A stretch of DNA of 64,000 nucleotides. Source: Candidatus Kryptonium sp. (GTDB lineage: Bacteria; Bacteroidota; Ignavibacteria; Kryptoniales; Kryptoniaceae). Both the position numbers and the translations under genes were made by a program. Positions 1 through 10,220 of the stretch are shown here, piece by piece. The notes under the pieces are model-generated. The model was given only the letters and a program-made list of their open reading frames with translations. It ran no database searches and was not told the DNA's origin. The stretch covers positions 34,861-98,860 of the forward strand of contig JBCNVC010000001.1 in assembly GCA_039630395.1 (NCBI GenBank). Direction: 5' to 3'. The stretch's first letter is position 1. Each line of letters starts with the position of its first letter.

Positions 1-73
1 AATGGATGTTTCTATAATGTAGTTGGATTCCCTCTTACAAAATTTTACCTTGCAATGAAAAAGTTTTTATCCA

Positions 74-1018
74 ATGGTTGAAAATCTCCACAAGAAAGTT
101 CTCACGGCAATTTTAATCAGTATTTTAGTCCTTGCTTTCCTAACGATTTACGCTGACCTAAACAAACTTATCAAGAGCTTCAAAAATTTTAAATGGTTCT
201 TTATAATTCCAGTTTTAATTTTTTCGCTATTAAATTATCTCGTGCGCTTTTTTCGTTGGGAATTTTATCTAAAAAAACTCGGTGTAAAAATTTCAACCTC
301 CAAGAATTTTCTCATCTTCTTAAGCGGTCTCACGATGTCAATTACCCCCGGGAAATTGGGAGAAGCCTTAAAATCATACCTTTTAAAAATCACAGATAAT
401 GTCCCAATTTCACGCTCTGCCCCAATTGTCGTGTTTGAAAGACTGATTGATTTCATAGCTTTTGTAATTCTTGCACTTTATGGTTCTCTTTATTTCAATT
501 ATGGAAAAGAAATTATTGCTGGCGTCGGATTTGTGGTAATCACCAGCATTTTCATATTTAGTAAAAAAGAAATTGTCCATCTCTTGCTTGAAAAGACAAG
601 AAAAGTTTTTGGTGATAAATTTACGACCAAAATTAACACTGCTTATAACAGCGCAATTGAATTATCTGATTTTAGAATTTTAATTCCAACGATTTTGATT
701 TCAACTTTATCATGGTTTTTTGAATGTATAGGTTTTTACATCGTAATTTATGCGTATTCCATAGATATTTCGCTTAATCTTGCAACCTTCATTTATTCAT
801 TCTCCACGATCGCCGGTGCTATCTCAATGTTGCCAGGCGGACTTGGACCAACAGAAGGAAGCATGACAGCCCTTTTAGTTCTAAACCAAGTTCCGAAAGA
901 TATCGCCGTTGCAATTACGATAATAATTAGATTCGCAACGCTTTGGTTTGCTGTCGTGCTTGGATTAATTGCATTATACTTACTCAGAAAGAAAATTGGA
1001 AAGGTCGAAAATGCTTGA
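74..1018 (+). CDS. Lysylphosphatidylglycerol synthase TM / flippase-like (UPF0104) membrane protein
   Basis: Multi-TM ORF with 'RFFRW', 'TPGKLGEALK', 'ERLID' and 'PGGLGPTE' motifs of this family. Confidence 0.85.
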   Translation: MVENLHKKVLTAILISILVLAFLTIYADLNKLIKSFKNFKWFFIIPVLIFSLLNYLVRFFRWEFYLKKLGVKISTSKNFLIFLSGLTMSITPGKLGEALKSYLLKITDNVPISRSAPIVVFERLIDFIAFVILALYGSLYFNYGKEIIAGVGFVVITSIFIFSKKEIVHLLLEKTRKVFGDKFTTKINTAYNSAIELSDFRILIPTILISTLSWFFECIGFYIVIYAYSIDISLNLATFIYSFSTIAGAISMLPGGLGPTEGSMTALLVLNQVPKDIAVAITIIIRFATLWFAVVLGLIALYLLRKKIGKVENA

Positions 1019-1832
1019 AAAAGTAAAAGAAAGCGTGAACTACATAAGGATCAAAACAAACGAATTCAAACCCGAAATAGCAATAATTCTCGGTTCGGGG
1101 CTTGGGGACCTCGCGGAAGAATTTGAGGACAAAATAAAAATTAAAACTGGTGATATCCCTAATTACCCGATTTCAACGGTTGAAGGGCACGCCGGAAATT
1201 TAGTTTTTGGTAAACTTAATAATGTGAACATCCTTGGATTTCAAGGAAGAATTCATTTTTATGAATCAGGGAAAATTGAAAATGTCATCTATCCCGTGCT
1301 TGTAGCATATGAGCTTGGGACAAAGATTCTTATTGTGACAAATGCAGCAGGAGGGTTAAATAAAAATTTTAAACCTGGTGATTTAATGGTTATCGCCGAT
1401 CATATAAATTTTATGTTCCTAAATCCATTGAAAATTTTCCAAGCAAACACAAGATTTAACAAGCCAGCTTATGATGAGAACCTGCGCAGGATAGCATTAA
1501 AAACCGGGCTTGATCTCTCCCTACCAGTGCGTGAGGGAGTTTATTGCAGCGTTCGCGGTCCAAATTATGAAACGCCCGCGGAAGTGGAAATGTTAAGAAA
1601 GATCGGAGCTGATGCTGTAGGTATGTCAACTGTTCCAGAAGTTATAACGGCAAATTATCTCGGAATGAAAGTTCTCGGAATTTCATGCATTACAAATTAT
1701 GCAGCTGGAATAAGTCCGGTTAAACTTTCACATAAGGAAGTCACGGAAGTAGCGCAAAAAGTTAAAAATGAATTTTCACTCTTAATCAAAGAAACAATCA
1801 AAAAAATAAAAGAAAGCGAGCTGAAAACATGA
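1011..1832 (+). CDS. punA: Purine nucleoside phosphorylase (trimeric type)
   Basis: IILGSGLG, GHAG, GRIHFYE, TNAAGG, GPNYETPAE and GMSTVPE motifs. Start placed at ATG 1011, overlapping the upstream stop. Confidence 0.93.
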   Translation: MLEKVKESVNYIRIKTNEFKPEIAIILGSGLGDLAEEFEDKIKIKTGDIPNYPISTVEGHAGNLVFGKLNNVNILGFQGRIHFYESGKIENVIYPVLVAYELGTKILIVTNAAGGLNKNFKPGDLMVIADHINFMFLNPLKIFQANTRFNKPAYDENLRRIALKTGLDLSLPVREGVYCSVRGPNYETPAEVEMLRKIGADAVGMSTVPEVITANYLGMKVLGISCITNYAAGISPVKLSHKEVTEVAQKVKNEFSLLIKETIKKIKESELKT

Positions 1833-3526
1833 AAATTCTTCTAACAGTATTAATCTTTTTGTTTCTTTTGGGTTGCGGAGGAAATACAAATCAAAAGGTA
1901 AATAATAAACATAACACCGAACGAATTGAATTATCTGGAAAGTGGCTTTTCAGAGTTGGTGATAATAAAGAATGGAGCGATGTGAAGATAGAAGAATTTG
2001 GTTGGGTTGAGATTCAAGTTCCTTCACAGTGGGAAAAACAAGGTTATAACTTTGATGGCGTTGCATGGTATAGAAAACATGTTAAAATACCTTCATCGTT
2101 TAAAGACAAAAAAATTTATCTATATCTTGGTAAAATTGACGATAATGATAAAGTTTATTTCAATGGTGAACTAATTGGTACAACAAGGGGTTGGACGCAG
2201 GAAAGATTTTACTTCATCCCAAATGACTTGATAAACTATGATGGGGACAATCTTATAGCAATAAGGGTTGAAGATCTTGGGTTTGGTGGTGGAATTTATG
2301 AAGGACCAATCTTGATCGTCTCAAGAGATGAACTATGGCGAATGAAGAGTGAAAATAAAAAAATGGCGAAACCCGATGGATACAATGCTGTCTTTTTAAC
2401 AGTTAAAATCATGGATACACTCCTGACAACCGGAAAATTTGCCTCATATCTTGCCTTCATAAGCCCGAATTTTAGAGAAGATGAAAAAGTATATACGCTT
2501 TGGAAAAGAGAAATGGGTCAAATTAGTAATTTTCTAACTGAGAACAGATACTCAATTGGTTATGTTGATTTCAAAGTTTATCATTCTCCGGAAAACGATA
2601 GCATCCTCATTGCGGATTATGTTCGCTTGATCAAAGATACAGTTGGACTTGTCAAATTTAGCGATGAACAGGTTAGATATTTCAAGATCGAAAACGGGAC
2701 TTTGCTTGAAATTGGAAATAGAAGCAGATTTTTCAGAACAAAGTTCTATTCACGATGGCTTCAGGAGGAAAGAAATCTTTATGTTTATCTTCCACCAAGT
2801 TATGACATTGATCTTGGTAAGCGTTATCCAGTTCTATATTTATTGCACGGATACGGTGGAAGTGACGAGTCGTGGAAATATGATAATATCAATTTAATTC
2901 TTGATAGTTTGATTAACATCGGTAAAATCGTTGAAATGATAATAGTCATGCCTGACGCTGATACATCATTTTATGCGAATTCAAAAGATGGTAAAAGAAT
3001 GTATGAACAATACATAGTTGAGGACTTAATAAATTATATTGATGCCACTTTTCGCACGATACCATATCGGGAAACACGAGCAATTGATGGTGTCTCAATG
3101 GGTGGCGGTGGCGCAATGCGGATTGGCTTAAAATATTTTGATAAGTTCATATCTATTGGCAGTATGATGGGCGCTCTCGATGTTCCATTTGAAAGGGTGA
3201 AAAATAGAACTTACATTCACGCCGGCGATTCAACTTACTGGCGTTCAATCCAACCGACCTCAATTGCACAAGAATTAACAAAGCAACATTTTGATAGTTT
3301 AAACATACTTTTTTATGTTGGAGATAAAGATTGGCTTAAAGATGGAAACTTGAAAATGCATGAGATATTGAAAAGCAAAGGTGTAAAGCATGAATTCAAA
3401 ATTTATCCCGGCGAACATAATCGCGATTTTTGGTTTTCTCACTTCACCGAGAATTTAATCTTTCATTCAAATAACTTCTACAAAAGCAAATATGTGAAAA
3501 TTAAAGAAAGATTAAAAACACAGTGA
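1829..3526 (+). CDS. Lipoprotein with a GH2-N-like sugar-binding jelly-roll domain and a C-terminal CE1-like alpha/beta-hydrolase esterase
   Basis: Lipobox LLGC; 'LSGKWLF..VPSQWE..DGVAWYR..GKIDDND'; 'YPVLYLLHG', nucleophile GVSMGG, 'PGEH'. Confidence 0.8.
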   Translation: MKILLTVLIFLFLLGCGGNTNQKVNNKHNTERIELSGKWLFRVGDNKEWSDVKIEEFGWVEIQVPSQWEKQGYNFDGVAWYRKHVKIPSSFKDKKIYLYLGKIDDNDKVYFNGELIGTTRGWTQERFYFIPNDLINYDGDNLIAIRVEDLGFGGGIYEGPILIVSRDELWRMKSENKKMAKPDGYNAVFLTVKIMDTLLTTGKFASYLAFISPNFREDEKVYTLWKREMGQISNFLTENRYSIGYVDFKVYHSPENDSILIADYVRLIKDTVGLVKFSDEQVRYFKIENGTLLEIGNRSRFFRTKFYSRWLQEERNLYVYLPPSYDIDLGKRYPVLYLLHGYGGSDESWKYDNINLILDSLINIGKIVEMIIVMPDADTSFYANSKDGKRMYEQYIVEDLINYIDATFRTIPYRETRAIDGVSMGGGGAMRIGLKYFDKFISIGSMMGALDVPFERVKNRTYIHAGDSTYWRSIQPTSIAQELTKQHFDSLNILFYVGDKDWLKDGNLKMHEILKSKGVKHEFKIYPGEHNRDFWFSHFTENLIFHSNNFYKSKYVKIKERLKTQ

Positions 3527-5835
3527 AAAAATTCTTAATTTTTTCGGTGCTTTTTGCTTCTATTCTTTCTGCTCAAGATTTTAAATTAAAGATAAATCTT
3601 GCAGGTGAATGGCTTTTTAAAACGGGTGATGATTTAAGGTGGATTGCACCCGATTTTGACGACTCGCAATGGGCGAAGATAAAAGTTCCGGCAACTTTTG
3701 AAAGCCAAGGTTTCGCAAATTACGATGGCTTCGTTTGGTATAGATTACATTTTGATGTTCCATCGCATCTTTTAAAAGAAGATTTAATTTTTTTACTTGG
3801 AAGCATAGACGATGCAGATGAAACATATTTAAATGGTGTAAAAATTGGTGAGACAGGAAAATTTCCGCCTGAGCGACGAACTGAATGGACCACCTTACGA
3901 GCATATCAGATACCAAAGGGTCTATTGAAAACGAAAGGAAATGTCCTTGCGGTAAGAGTTTGCGATTTCGGGTTTGATGGTGGAATTTTTAAAGGTCCGA
4001 TCGGATTGATTTTGAAAAAGGATTTTGACATAAAATTAAAAGAAAACACTAAACCACATCGCTCTGCGAAAGCACTTGTTTCAAGCAATGGGTTCACCGC
4101 AATAGTTTATAATGTCGAACGACATCAAATCGTGTCAATGTATGAACATATTTATAAAGTTATATCCCCCAACAATTTCACAAAAAATCTGATAAACGAC
4201 GCAAACTTCATCGTTGAACTCAATGGGAAAAAATATGATCTATCAAAAATCCCTGAAGATGAGGTTGGTTATATAAACGGAACGAACATAATTTTTGCAA
4301 ACTACAAAAAACTCGGAATTCAAACTTATTATTTTGCCCCATTTCAAGTTGATGCACCTGTAATGGTTGCGATCTGTAAAATCAATAAAAAATACAGACA
4401 AAGCAAAATTTCTTTCAGAGCAAATACGATTCAAGGAGAAATAAAATCAGAAGACGATTTTAGCAATGTATTTGATCTACAAACTTCACCAATTAAAAAA
4501 ATTGTCAAAACAAAAACAGTGAAACGAAGCGACGGGACCGGTGGAGAAATTGAGGAGAGAGTATTTATAACATTTGATCCTTCAAGAACTACCGAGGAAA
4601 TAGAAAAATTTTCAAAACTTGCCGACAATGATAATATTATTGAAGATGAAATAAAATTTTGGGAAGGTTTTATATCAAAGGCAAAGTTCAATTTGAAATT
4701 AGCAAAGAAAGAAAATGAACTATTTAGACAATCGCTTGCTGTAATAAAAATGGCACAATGTCGGGAAGAGGGAAGTCCATACGGTCAGATTCTTGCCTCA
4801 CTTCCACCTGGTGAATGGACATATACTTGGGTTCGTGATGGAGTTTATGCGATAAACGCTTTAATTGAACTTGGATATCTTGATGAAGCAAAATCGGCTC
4901 TTGAATTCATGCTTAAGGCAAAAGCCGGGTTTTACAAAAACTATACACATAAAGACGGAAAAGATTATGGAGTAAAGAGAGATTATAAGATAACTGTTTG
5001 CAAATACTACGGCGCCGGAGTTGAAGAATCAGATCATAATGAAGATGGACCAAATATAGAGCTTGATGGATTTGGACTTTTTTTATGGACTTTCAAAAAC
5101 TATGTTGAAAAATCAGGTGATCTTGATTTTGCAGTTATGTATTGGGATACTTTGACAACAAAAATTGCAGATGTTTTAATCGCTTCAATTGATGAATACG
5201 GAGTTATCCGCGCTGAATCAGGTCCTTGGGAAAGACATCTCCCTGGAAAACACTACGCATATACAACTATCGCAGGAATCAAAGGTTTAAGATCAATCGC
5301 AGAGATTGCCAGACTTTTGAAGGATAAAACAGCGGAGAAATTTTACAATTCTTTCGCTGATTCAATTCTTAAATCTTTTCTAAAAAATTTCGTTGATAAA
5401 AATGGGATTATAAAAGGAACGATTGAGGCGAAAAATGAATCTGATTTTGAATACTTTGACGCAAGCGTGGTTGAAGCGATAAACTTTGACCTGATACCAT
5501 CAAACAGCGAAATTGCAAAGAAAACAATAGAAGCAATAATAAAGAATCTTAAAATCAAAAATAGATTTGGATTCTTCAGAGTTAACAATGGTGATTGGTA
5601 TGATAGGCAAGAGTGGATTTTCATTGATTTAAGAGTTGCAACAGCAATGCACAAATCAGGTTTTAAAAAAGAATCTGAACAACTTCTTGATTGGATAACT
5701 TCTCAATCAAATTTAAACTACAATCTTATTGCCGAACTTTATGACGAATGGAATTCCGATTACCAAGGTCAATATCCAATGGTTGGATTTGGTGCAGGTG
5801 CGTATATACTTGCACTCATTGAAATCAAACGCTGA
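3523..5835 (+). CDS. Secreted GH2-N-like jelly-roll domain plus GH15-like (glucoamylase-type) glycoside hydrolase
   Basis: GTG start, signal peptide, 'YTWVRDG', 'ELDGFG', 'SGPWE' and 'LIAELYD' motifs typical of (alpha/alpha)6 GH15 enzymes. Confidence 0.75.
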   Translation: MKKFLIFSVLFASILSAQDFKLKINLAGEWLFKTGDDLRWIAPDFDDSQWAKIKVPATFESQGFANYDGFVWYRLHFDVPSHLLKEDLIFLLGSIDDADETYLNGVKIGETGKFPPERRTEWTTLRAYQIPKGLLKTKGNVLAVRVCDFGFDGGIFKGPIGLILKKDFDIKLKENTKPHRSAKALVSSNGFTAIVYNVERHQIVSMYEHIYKVISPNNFTKNLINDANFIVELNGKKYDLSKIPEDEVGYINGTNIIFANYKKLGIQTYYFAPFQVDAPVMVAICKINKKYRQSKISFRANTIQGEIKSEDDFSNVFDLQTSPIKKIVKTKTVKRSDGTGGEIEERVFITFDPSRTTEEIEKFSKLADNDNIIEDEIKFWEGFISKAKFNLKLAKKENELFRQSLAVIKMAQCREEGSPYGQILASLPPGEWTYTWVRDGVYAINALIELGYLDEAKSALEFMLKAKAGFYKNYTHKDGKDYGVKRDYKITVCKYYGAGVEESDHNEDGPNIELDGFGLFLWTFKNYVEKSGDLDFAVMYWDTLTTKIADVLIASIDEYGVIRAESGPWERHLPGKHYAYTTIAGIKGLRSIAEIARLLKDKTAEKFYNSFADSILKSFLKNFVDKNGIIKGTIEAKNESDFEYFDASVVEAINFDLIPSNSEIAKKTIEAIIKNLKIKNRFGFFRVNNGDWYDRQEWIFIDLRVATAMHKSGFKKESEQLLDWITSQSNLNYNLIAELYDEWNSDYQGQYPMVGFGAGAYILALIEIKR

Positions 5836-5841
5836 ATTTAA

Positions 5842-6528
5842 ATGAATCCAGATCATGACACAATAAAACAAATTCCGCTTTTCTCTGAATTATCAACTGA
5901 CGAGCTTCGCAAGTTTACTCAGATATCCCAGTTGAAGAAATTTTCAAAAAAAGAAATAATTTTCTCAGAAGGTGATCCTTACCTCGGTTTTTATATACTT
6001 CTGAAAGGTGTCGTGCGAATCTTTAAACTAACCCCTGATGGCAGAGATATAACCTTGCAGATAGTTGAGCCCTTTAATCTCGTCGCCGAAATTCCACTTT
6101 TTGAAGGCAAAACATATGATTCAAACTGTGAAGCGCTTGAAGATACAATTTTGTTATTTATACCAAGGGAGAAATTTCTTCAGTTATTTATCAAAAATCC
6201 AAAGATCTCGCTCAAAATTCTTCAAGGCTTCGCAAAAAGATTAAAAGAATTAACACAGCAAATTGAGGCATTGACATCAAAAGATGTCCTTCAACGACTT
6301 GCCACTTACCTTGCCGAAGAATACGAAAAACAATGCCATAACAAAGACAAGAAGGAGATAACACTTAACATCTCAAGATCGACGCTTGCCTCATACCTTG
6401 GAACAGTGATAGAAACGCTATCAAGAGCGTTGAGAAAATTACAAGACGACGGATTAATTGAAGTCAGAGGGAAAAAGATTGTGATTTTAAATCTGGAAAA
6501 ATTAAAAAATCTTGCTAATACAAAATGA
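5842..6528 (+). CDS. Crp/Fnr family transcriptional regulator (DNR/HcpR-like, no N-terminal Cys cluster)
   Basis: cNMP-binding fold 'IFSEGD' and C-terminal HTH 'LASYLGTVIETLSRAL'. Confidence 0.92.
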   Translation: MNPDHDTIKQIPLFSELSTDELRKFTQISQLKKFSKKEIIFSEGDPYLGFYILLKGVVRIFKLTPDGRDITLQIVEPFNLVAEIPLFEGKTYDSNCEALEDTILLFIPREKFLQLFIKNPKISLKILQGFAKRLKELTQQIEALTSKDVLQRLATYLAEEYEKQCHNKDKKEITLNISRSTLASYLGTVIETLSRALRKLQDDGLIEVRGKKIVILNLEKLKNLANTK

Positions 6529-6558
6529 ATTGAATGAAATCCAGTGATGTTTTTCAGT

Positions 6559-6756
6559 TTAGTCGTTTTGGAAATTTATAACTACTGAATCAACCATCAT
6601 AGAGGCAAACACACCATATGCATTTTCAAGCCCAGCGCTTAGAGCACCTCTGTTGTAATATTTCTCATAATTTTCATCAAAAGCTCCAACTTTTACAATA
6701 TATTTACCAAGCTTGCTCAATATATCAAAATTCGCAAGAACAAAAACTTTGATATC
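6559..6756 (-). pseudogene. Start-less 65-codon remnant, possibly a DUF4249-like lipoprotein C-terminus
   Basis: Hand translation gives DIKVFVLANFDILSKLGKYIVKVGAFDENYEKYYNRGALSAGLENAYGVFASMMVDSVVINFQND*. TAA TAA lies directly upstream in frame. Confidence 0.45.
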
Positions 6757-6914
6757 TTATTAACTAAACTTCTTATCTTCACAAGCATAATCTTTTCATC
6801 CTAATTCTCGTCATTTCTTAATTTAAGCCCTAAAAATGCCTCAAAATTTTTTTATTATCATTGTTTCGCCTTAATTTTGCTTAGAGTCTATAAAAAAACA
6901 AACGATAAATAGCC

Positions 6915-7919
6915 ATGTTCAGTAAATCAATCCTTATCTTAATTTTGCCATATTTCTTTTCACTCTCACAAAATTTAATTGTCTTGAATAAGTTAGAAAA
7001 TACCGCAATGATTTTTGATCTGAAAACAAATAAATTAATAACACAACTTCCAACTGGTGAAGGACCGCATGAGGTTGCAATTTCACCAAATAGAAAATAT
7101 GCTGTTATAACAAATTACGGAACAAGGGAAAAACCGGGAAATTCACTCACGCTTTACAATCTTGATAAACTAACCGTTGAAAAAACTATAAATCTTGGTG
7201 ATTTTCGCAGACCACATGGGATTGAATGGATTGATAATGAAAAGGTCATAATCACAGCAGAAACAAATAAATCAATAATCATAGTTGATGTTAAAAATGA
7301 AAAGATCGTTGCTTCTGTCAAAACAGATCAAGAAGTTTCACACATGCTTGCCCTTTCCACTGATAAATCAAAGTGTTTCGTTGCAAACATAGGCTCAGGT
7401 TCCGTAAGCGTGGTTGATTTAAAGGAGATGAAACTAATCAAAAATATATTTACAGGAAGAGGTAGCGAGGGAATTGATGTTTCCGCCGATGGAAGCGAAA
7501 TATGGGTGACAAATAGGGCTGAAGATAGCGTTGCTGTAATTGATGCAAAAACTCTTGAGGTTAAATTAAAATTTAAAGTTGAGGGTTTCCCAATTCGTGT
7601 TAAATTTTCAAAAGATGGGAAATATGCTGTTATATCATGTGCAAGAAGTGGCGAAATCGCAATTGTTGACGCCAAAAGCAAAGAAATTTTAAAACGAGTA
7701 AGGACTGCCGAGAAAGCAGATGTAGAAAAAACCGGAAGGTTGTTTGGATCAGCTTTTGGAGATAGCCCTGTCCCAATCGGTATAGCAATCGGAAATGATA
7801 ATATGGTTTATGTTGCAAATTCTAATGCCGATATCATAAGTATAATTGACATAAAGACTGGAAAGGTCATGAAAACCATTGGAACTGGCAAAGAGCCTGA
7901 TGGAATTGGATTATGGTAA
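6915..7919 (+). CDS. Secreted YVTN/YncE-type beta-propeller protein
   Basis: Repeated 'GPHEVA', 'FVANIGSGSVSVVD', 'WVTNRAEDSVAVID' and 'YVANSNADIISIID' blades. Confidence 0.88.
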   Translation: MFSKSILILILPYFFSLSQNLIVLNKLENTAMIFDLKTNKLITQLPTGEGPHEVAISPNRKYAVITNYGTREKPGNSLTLYNLDKLTVEKTINLGDFRRPHGIEWIDNEKVIITAETNKSIIIVDVKNEKIVASVKTDQEVSHMLALSTDKSKCFVANIGSGSVSVVDLKEMKLIKNIFTGRGSEGIDVSADGSEIWVTNRAEDSVAVIDAKTLEVKLKFKVEGFPIRVKFSKDGKYAVISCARSGEIAIVDAKSKEILKRVRTAEKADVEKTGRLFGSAFGDSPVPIGIAIGNDNMVYVANSNADIISIIDIKTGKVMKTIGTGKEPDGIGLW

Positions 7920-7989
7920 GTTCGCTTTTATCAAACGAGATAATCCAACAGCTCGTGAAAATATAAACAAAGGCAGTTTTTGATTGATT

Positions 7990-8253
7990 TCATCTTACAT
8001 CAAATCTCAAAGGCAATGGACACGCATTTGAAAATGTAGCGACCATGACAAATTCACCAAATTCTGAAGCTTTCTTATACGCATCTTGTAGCGCTTTAAA
8101 AACCAACTCATCTTCACCATAAACGAGCGTGCTCATTGAACCAACATGGGTTTCAAGACCATATGACTTAAAAATTTCAATTACGCTGTTAATTGGTTCT
8201 ATTATGTCCATTTGCCTTAATGGATATAAACTAACTTGAAGCGCGACTGCCAT
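7990..8253 (-). CDS. YkoF / thiamine-binding (MTH1187-like) protein
   Basis: MAVALQVSLYPL..VGSMSTLVYG. Start placed at ATG 8253, because the longer ORF-track version overlaps the upstream gene. Confidence 0.8.
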   Translation of the reverse strand: MAVALQVSLYPLRQMDIIEPINSVIEIFKSYGLETHVGSMSTLVYGEDELVFKALQDAYKKASEFGEFVMVATFSNACPLPLRFDVR

Positions 8254-8257
8254 TTTG

Positions 8258-8449
8258 TTAACTATCCTGTTTCTTTTTTCCAGAAAAGAATGTCCAATAA
8301 AGCCCAAGCCCGATAAGAGCGCCATAAAGAGTTGAAAGATATGGATCGCTTGTAATTGGACAAGTTTCAACCCTGCAACCGATAAAATAGTAATAAGCAT
8401 AACCAACGAATGCGCCTACTAATGGAAGGATAAACTTAATCTTATTCAC
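8258..8449 (-). CDS. Small membrane protein, DUF6132-like
   Basis: Two TM segments flanking 'YYYFIGCRVETCPITSDP'; GTG start. Confidence 0.75.
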   Translation of the reverse strand: MNKIKFILPLVGAFVGYAYYYFIGCRVETCPITSDPYLSTLYGALIGLGLYWTFFSGKKKQDS

Positions 8450-8454
8450 TTTTG

Positions 8455-8676
8455 CTATTCTTTCTTTTCTTTTAGACCGAGCACTTCGTTTAGCTCATCA
8501 ATTATTTGTTCCATCTCACTCTCTTTTCCTTTGTCTTTTATTGCTTGTTCCAATGTTCCCCAAATCGGCTCACCACAGACGATACATTTAATACCTTTTT
8601 TCATCAGGAAACCAACAGATTCAGGGAATTCGGTAACGAGATCTTCAATTGTTATATCTTTTGTAATCTTTTTCAT
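8455..8676 (-). CDS. DUF1858 (hybrid-cluster-associated redox disulfide) domain protein
   Basis: 'ITKDITIEDLV..FPE..GIKCIVC..TLEQA'. Confidence 0.82.
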   Translation of the reverse strand: MKKITKDITIEDLVTEFPESVGFLMKKGIKCIVCGEPIWGTLEQAIKDKGKESEMEQIIDELNEVLGLKEKKE

Positions 8677-9080
8677 TGCTTTGCCTCAAATTGTTTTTTC
8701 CATTCATTGATACCGCCAGAAAGATTGTAAACATATTTAAATCCATTTTTAACTAAAATTTCGCCAGCAATTTTACTTCTAACGCCACCCTTACAATAAA
8801 CGATAATTTCAAAATCTTTATATTTTTTCAACTCATCCAATCTTTCCTCAAGCTCCTGAACAGGGATGTTTACGGCATTTTTAAGATGCCACTCCGAAAA
8901 TTCCTCTTTTGTGCGAACATCAAGAAGCAAGACCTTTTTGTTTTGCTCTATCTTTCTCTGCGCTTCAATTGGAGTAATATCAATATAGATGCTTGGTTTT
9001 TGTTGAACTAACTTTACAGCACAACTTGAAAAATAAACCGAAGATAAAATTAATATCAAGAACCTTGAGAAAGTTCTCAT
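8673..9080 (-). CDS. Rhodanese-domain sulfurtransferase, probable lipoprotein
   Basis: Lipobox FSSC; LLDVR..EF..HL; active site CKGGVRS; LSGGINEW. Confidence 0.9.
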   Translation of the reverse strand: MRTFSRFLILILSSVYFSSCAVKLVQQKPSIYIDITPIEAQRKIEQNKKVLLLDVRTKEEFSEWHLKNAVNIPVQELEERLDELKKYKDFEIIVYCKGGVRSKIAGEILVKNGFKYVYNLSGGINEWKKQFEAKQ

Positions 9081-9643
9081 TTTTTAACAGAAATTATCTT
9101 ATAGTGCGATTGATTTATTTCACCATGTTCAATGATTGAAAGATCAAGTTTATTCAGTAATTTCAAAATTTCATCTTGAGAAATCCTTTCCTCATACGGT
9201 GGACCATTTTCCTCATGTTGTTTTTTCCATTCAAGAATAACAATCCTTCCCCCACTTTTCGTTATTCTTTTAACTTCACTTAAAAATCTTTCAGTGTCCT
9301 CATTTTCATGAGTAACAAATCCAAGAAATGTGAAATCGCTTATTTCGTCATCTATCGGAAATTTATAATCATTTTCAGCAAGAATTGAATTTACATTATC
9401 TGGTAGATCGTTTTGATTTAATTTTTTTATCATTTCTTCTTGAACATCAATCGCATAAACTTTACCATTTTTCCCAACTATTTTTGAAGCTGGAATTGTG
9501 AAATAACCACTCCCACAACCGACATCAACCATAGTCATACCCTCTTTTAGCCCGCATGAAATTAAAATTTCCTCGGGTGGAAGAATTTTTCGTCTCTCTT
9601 CGTCAAGAAGTCGGTGTGCGTTTTCTGGATTAAACTTATGCAT
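9077..9643 (-). CDS. Class I SAM-dependent methyltransferase
   Basis: VDVGCGSGYF, 'GKVYAIDVQ', 'GGRIVILEW'. Confidence 0.88.
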   Translation of the reverse strand: MHKFNPENAHRLLDEERRKILPPEEILISCGLKEGMTMVDVGCGSGYFTIPASKIVGKNGKVYAIDVQEEMIKKLNQNDLPDNVNSILAENDYKFPIDDEISDFTFLGFVTHENEDTERFLSEVKRITKSGGRIVILEWKKQHEENGPPYEERISQDEILKLLNKLDLSIIEHGEINQSHYKIISVKK

Positions 9644-9647
9644 ATTT

Positions 9648-10220
9648 TTACTTTGACTCGCTTAATTTAATTTTAACGCTTACCGCACCTCTGAAATCCC
9701 CTGCTTTATAACCTGTTGCTTTATCATCTGGATATTTTTCCTTCAAAAAATCTTTTATTTCCTTTCTGATAAATTCATCCGTACCATGACAATTTAAACA
9801 CATCGGCTGGACGAGCAAAGGTTTGAAATATCTCAAATATTTCTCACCCTTCTCGGTAACAATTTCATAATACTCCTGGGGTAATTCATTTCTTTTGTTA
9901 AGTTCTTCAAGGTTCTTCAAAATCTTGGCTTCGTAATCATCTGGCTTATCAAGCCTGGTTCTGTATTTCTCACTTATTCGTCTTACATATACCCCATACT
10001 TTTCTTGATGAGCTTTTATTATTTCTTGCGCAAGATTTGAACACGCTTTTATCGCACCAACATAGCCACCTTTGCCAAGCTCGTTAAATAAAACTGTTCT
10101 TACCGAATCAACGAGCTCATTTGAAATTCTCCTTGCAAGTTCAACTGCTTTTTGAGTCTTTTCGTCAGTTTGGAAAAAGAAAGAAAATAACAAAATTAGG
10201 ATGAACAACATTTTATTCAT
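9648..10220 (-). CDS. DUF3365 / Tll0287-like c-type heme protein
   Basis: Signal peptide, CLNCH heme motif, 'YPDDKATGYKAGDFRGA'. Confidence 0.88.
   Translation of the reverse strand: MNKMLFILILLFSFFFQTDEKTQKAVELARRISNELVDSVRTVLFNELGKGGYVGAIKACSNLAQEIIKAHQEKYGVYVRRISEKYRTRLDKPDDYEAKILKNLEELNKRNELPQEYYEIVTEKGEKYLRYFKPLLVQPMCLNCHGTDEFIRKEIKDFLKEKYPDDKATGYKAGDFRGAVSVKIKLSESK

Noticed and set aside
8254-8406. Long version of the YkoF ORF
   Set aside because: It overlaps the DUF6132-like gene in another frame, and the domain starts at ATG 8253
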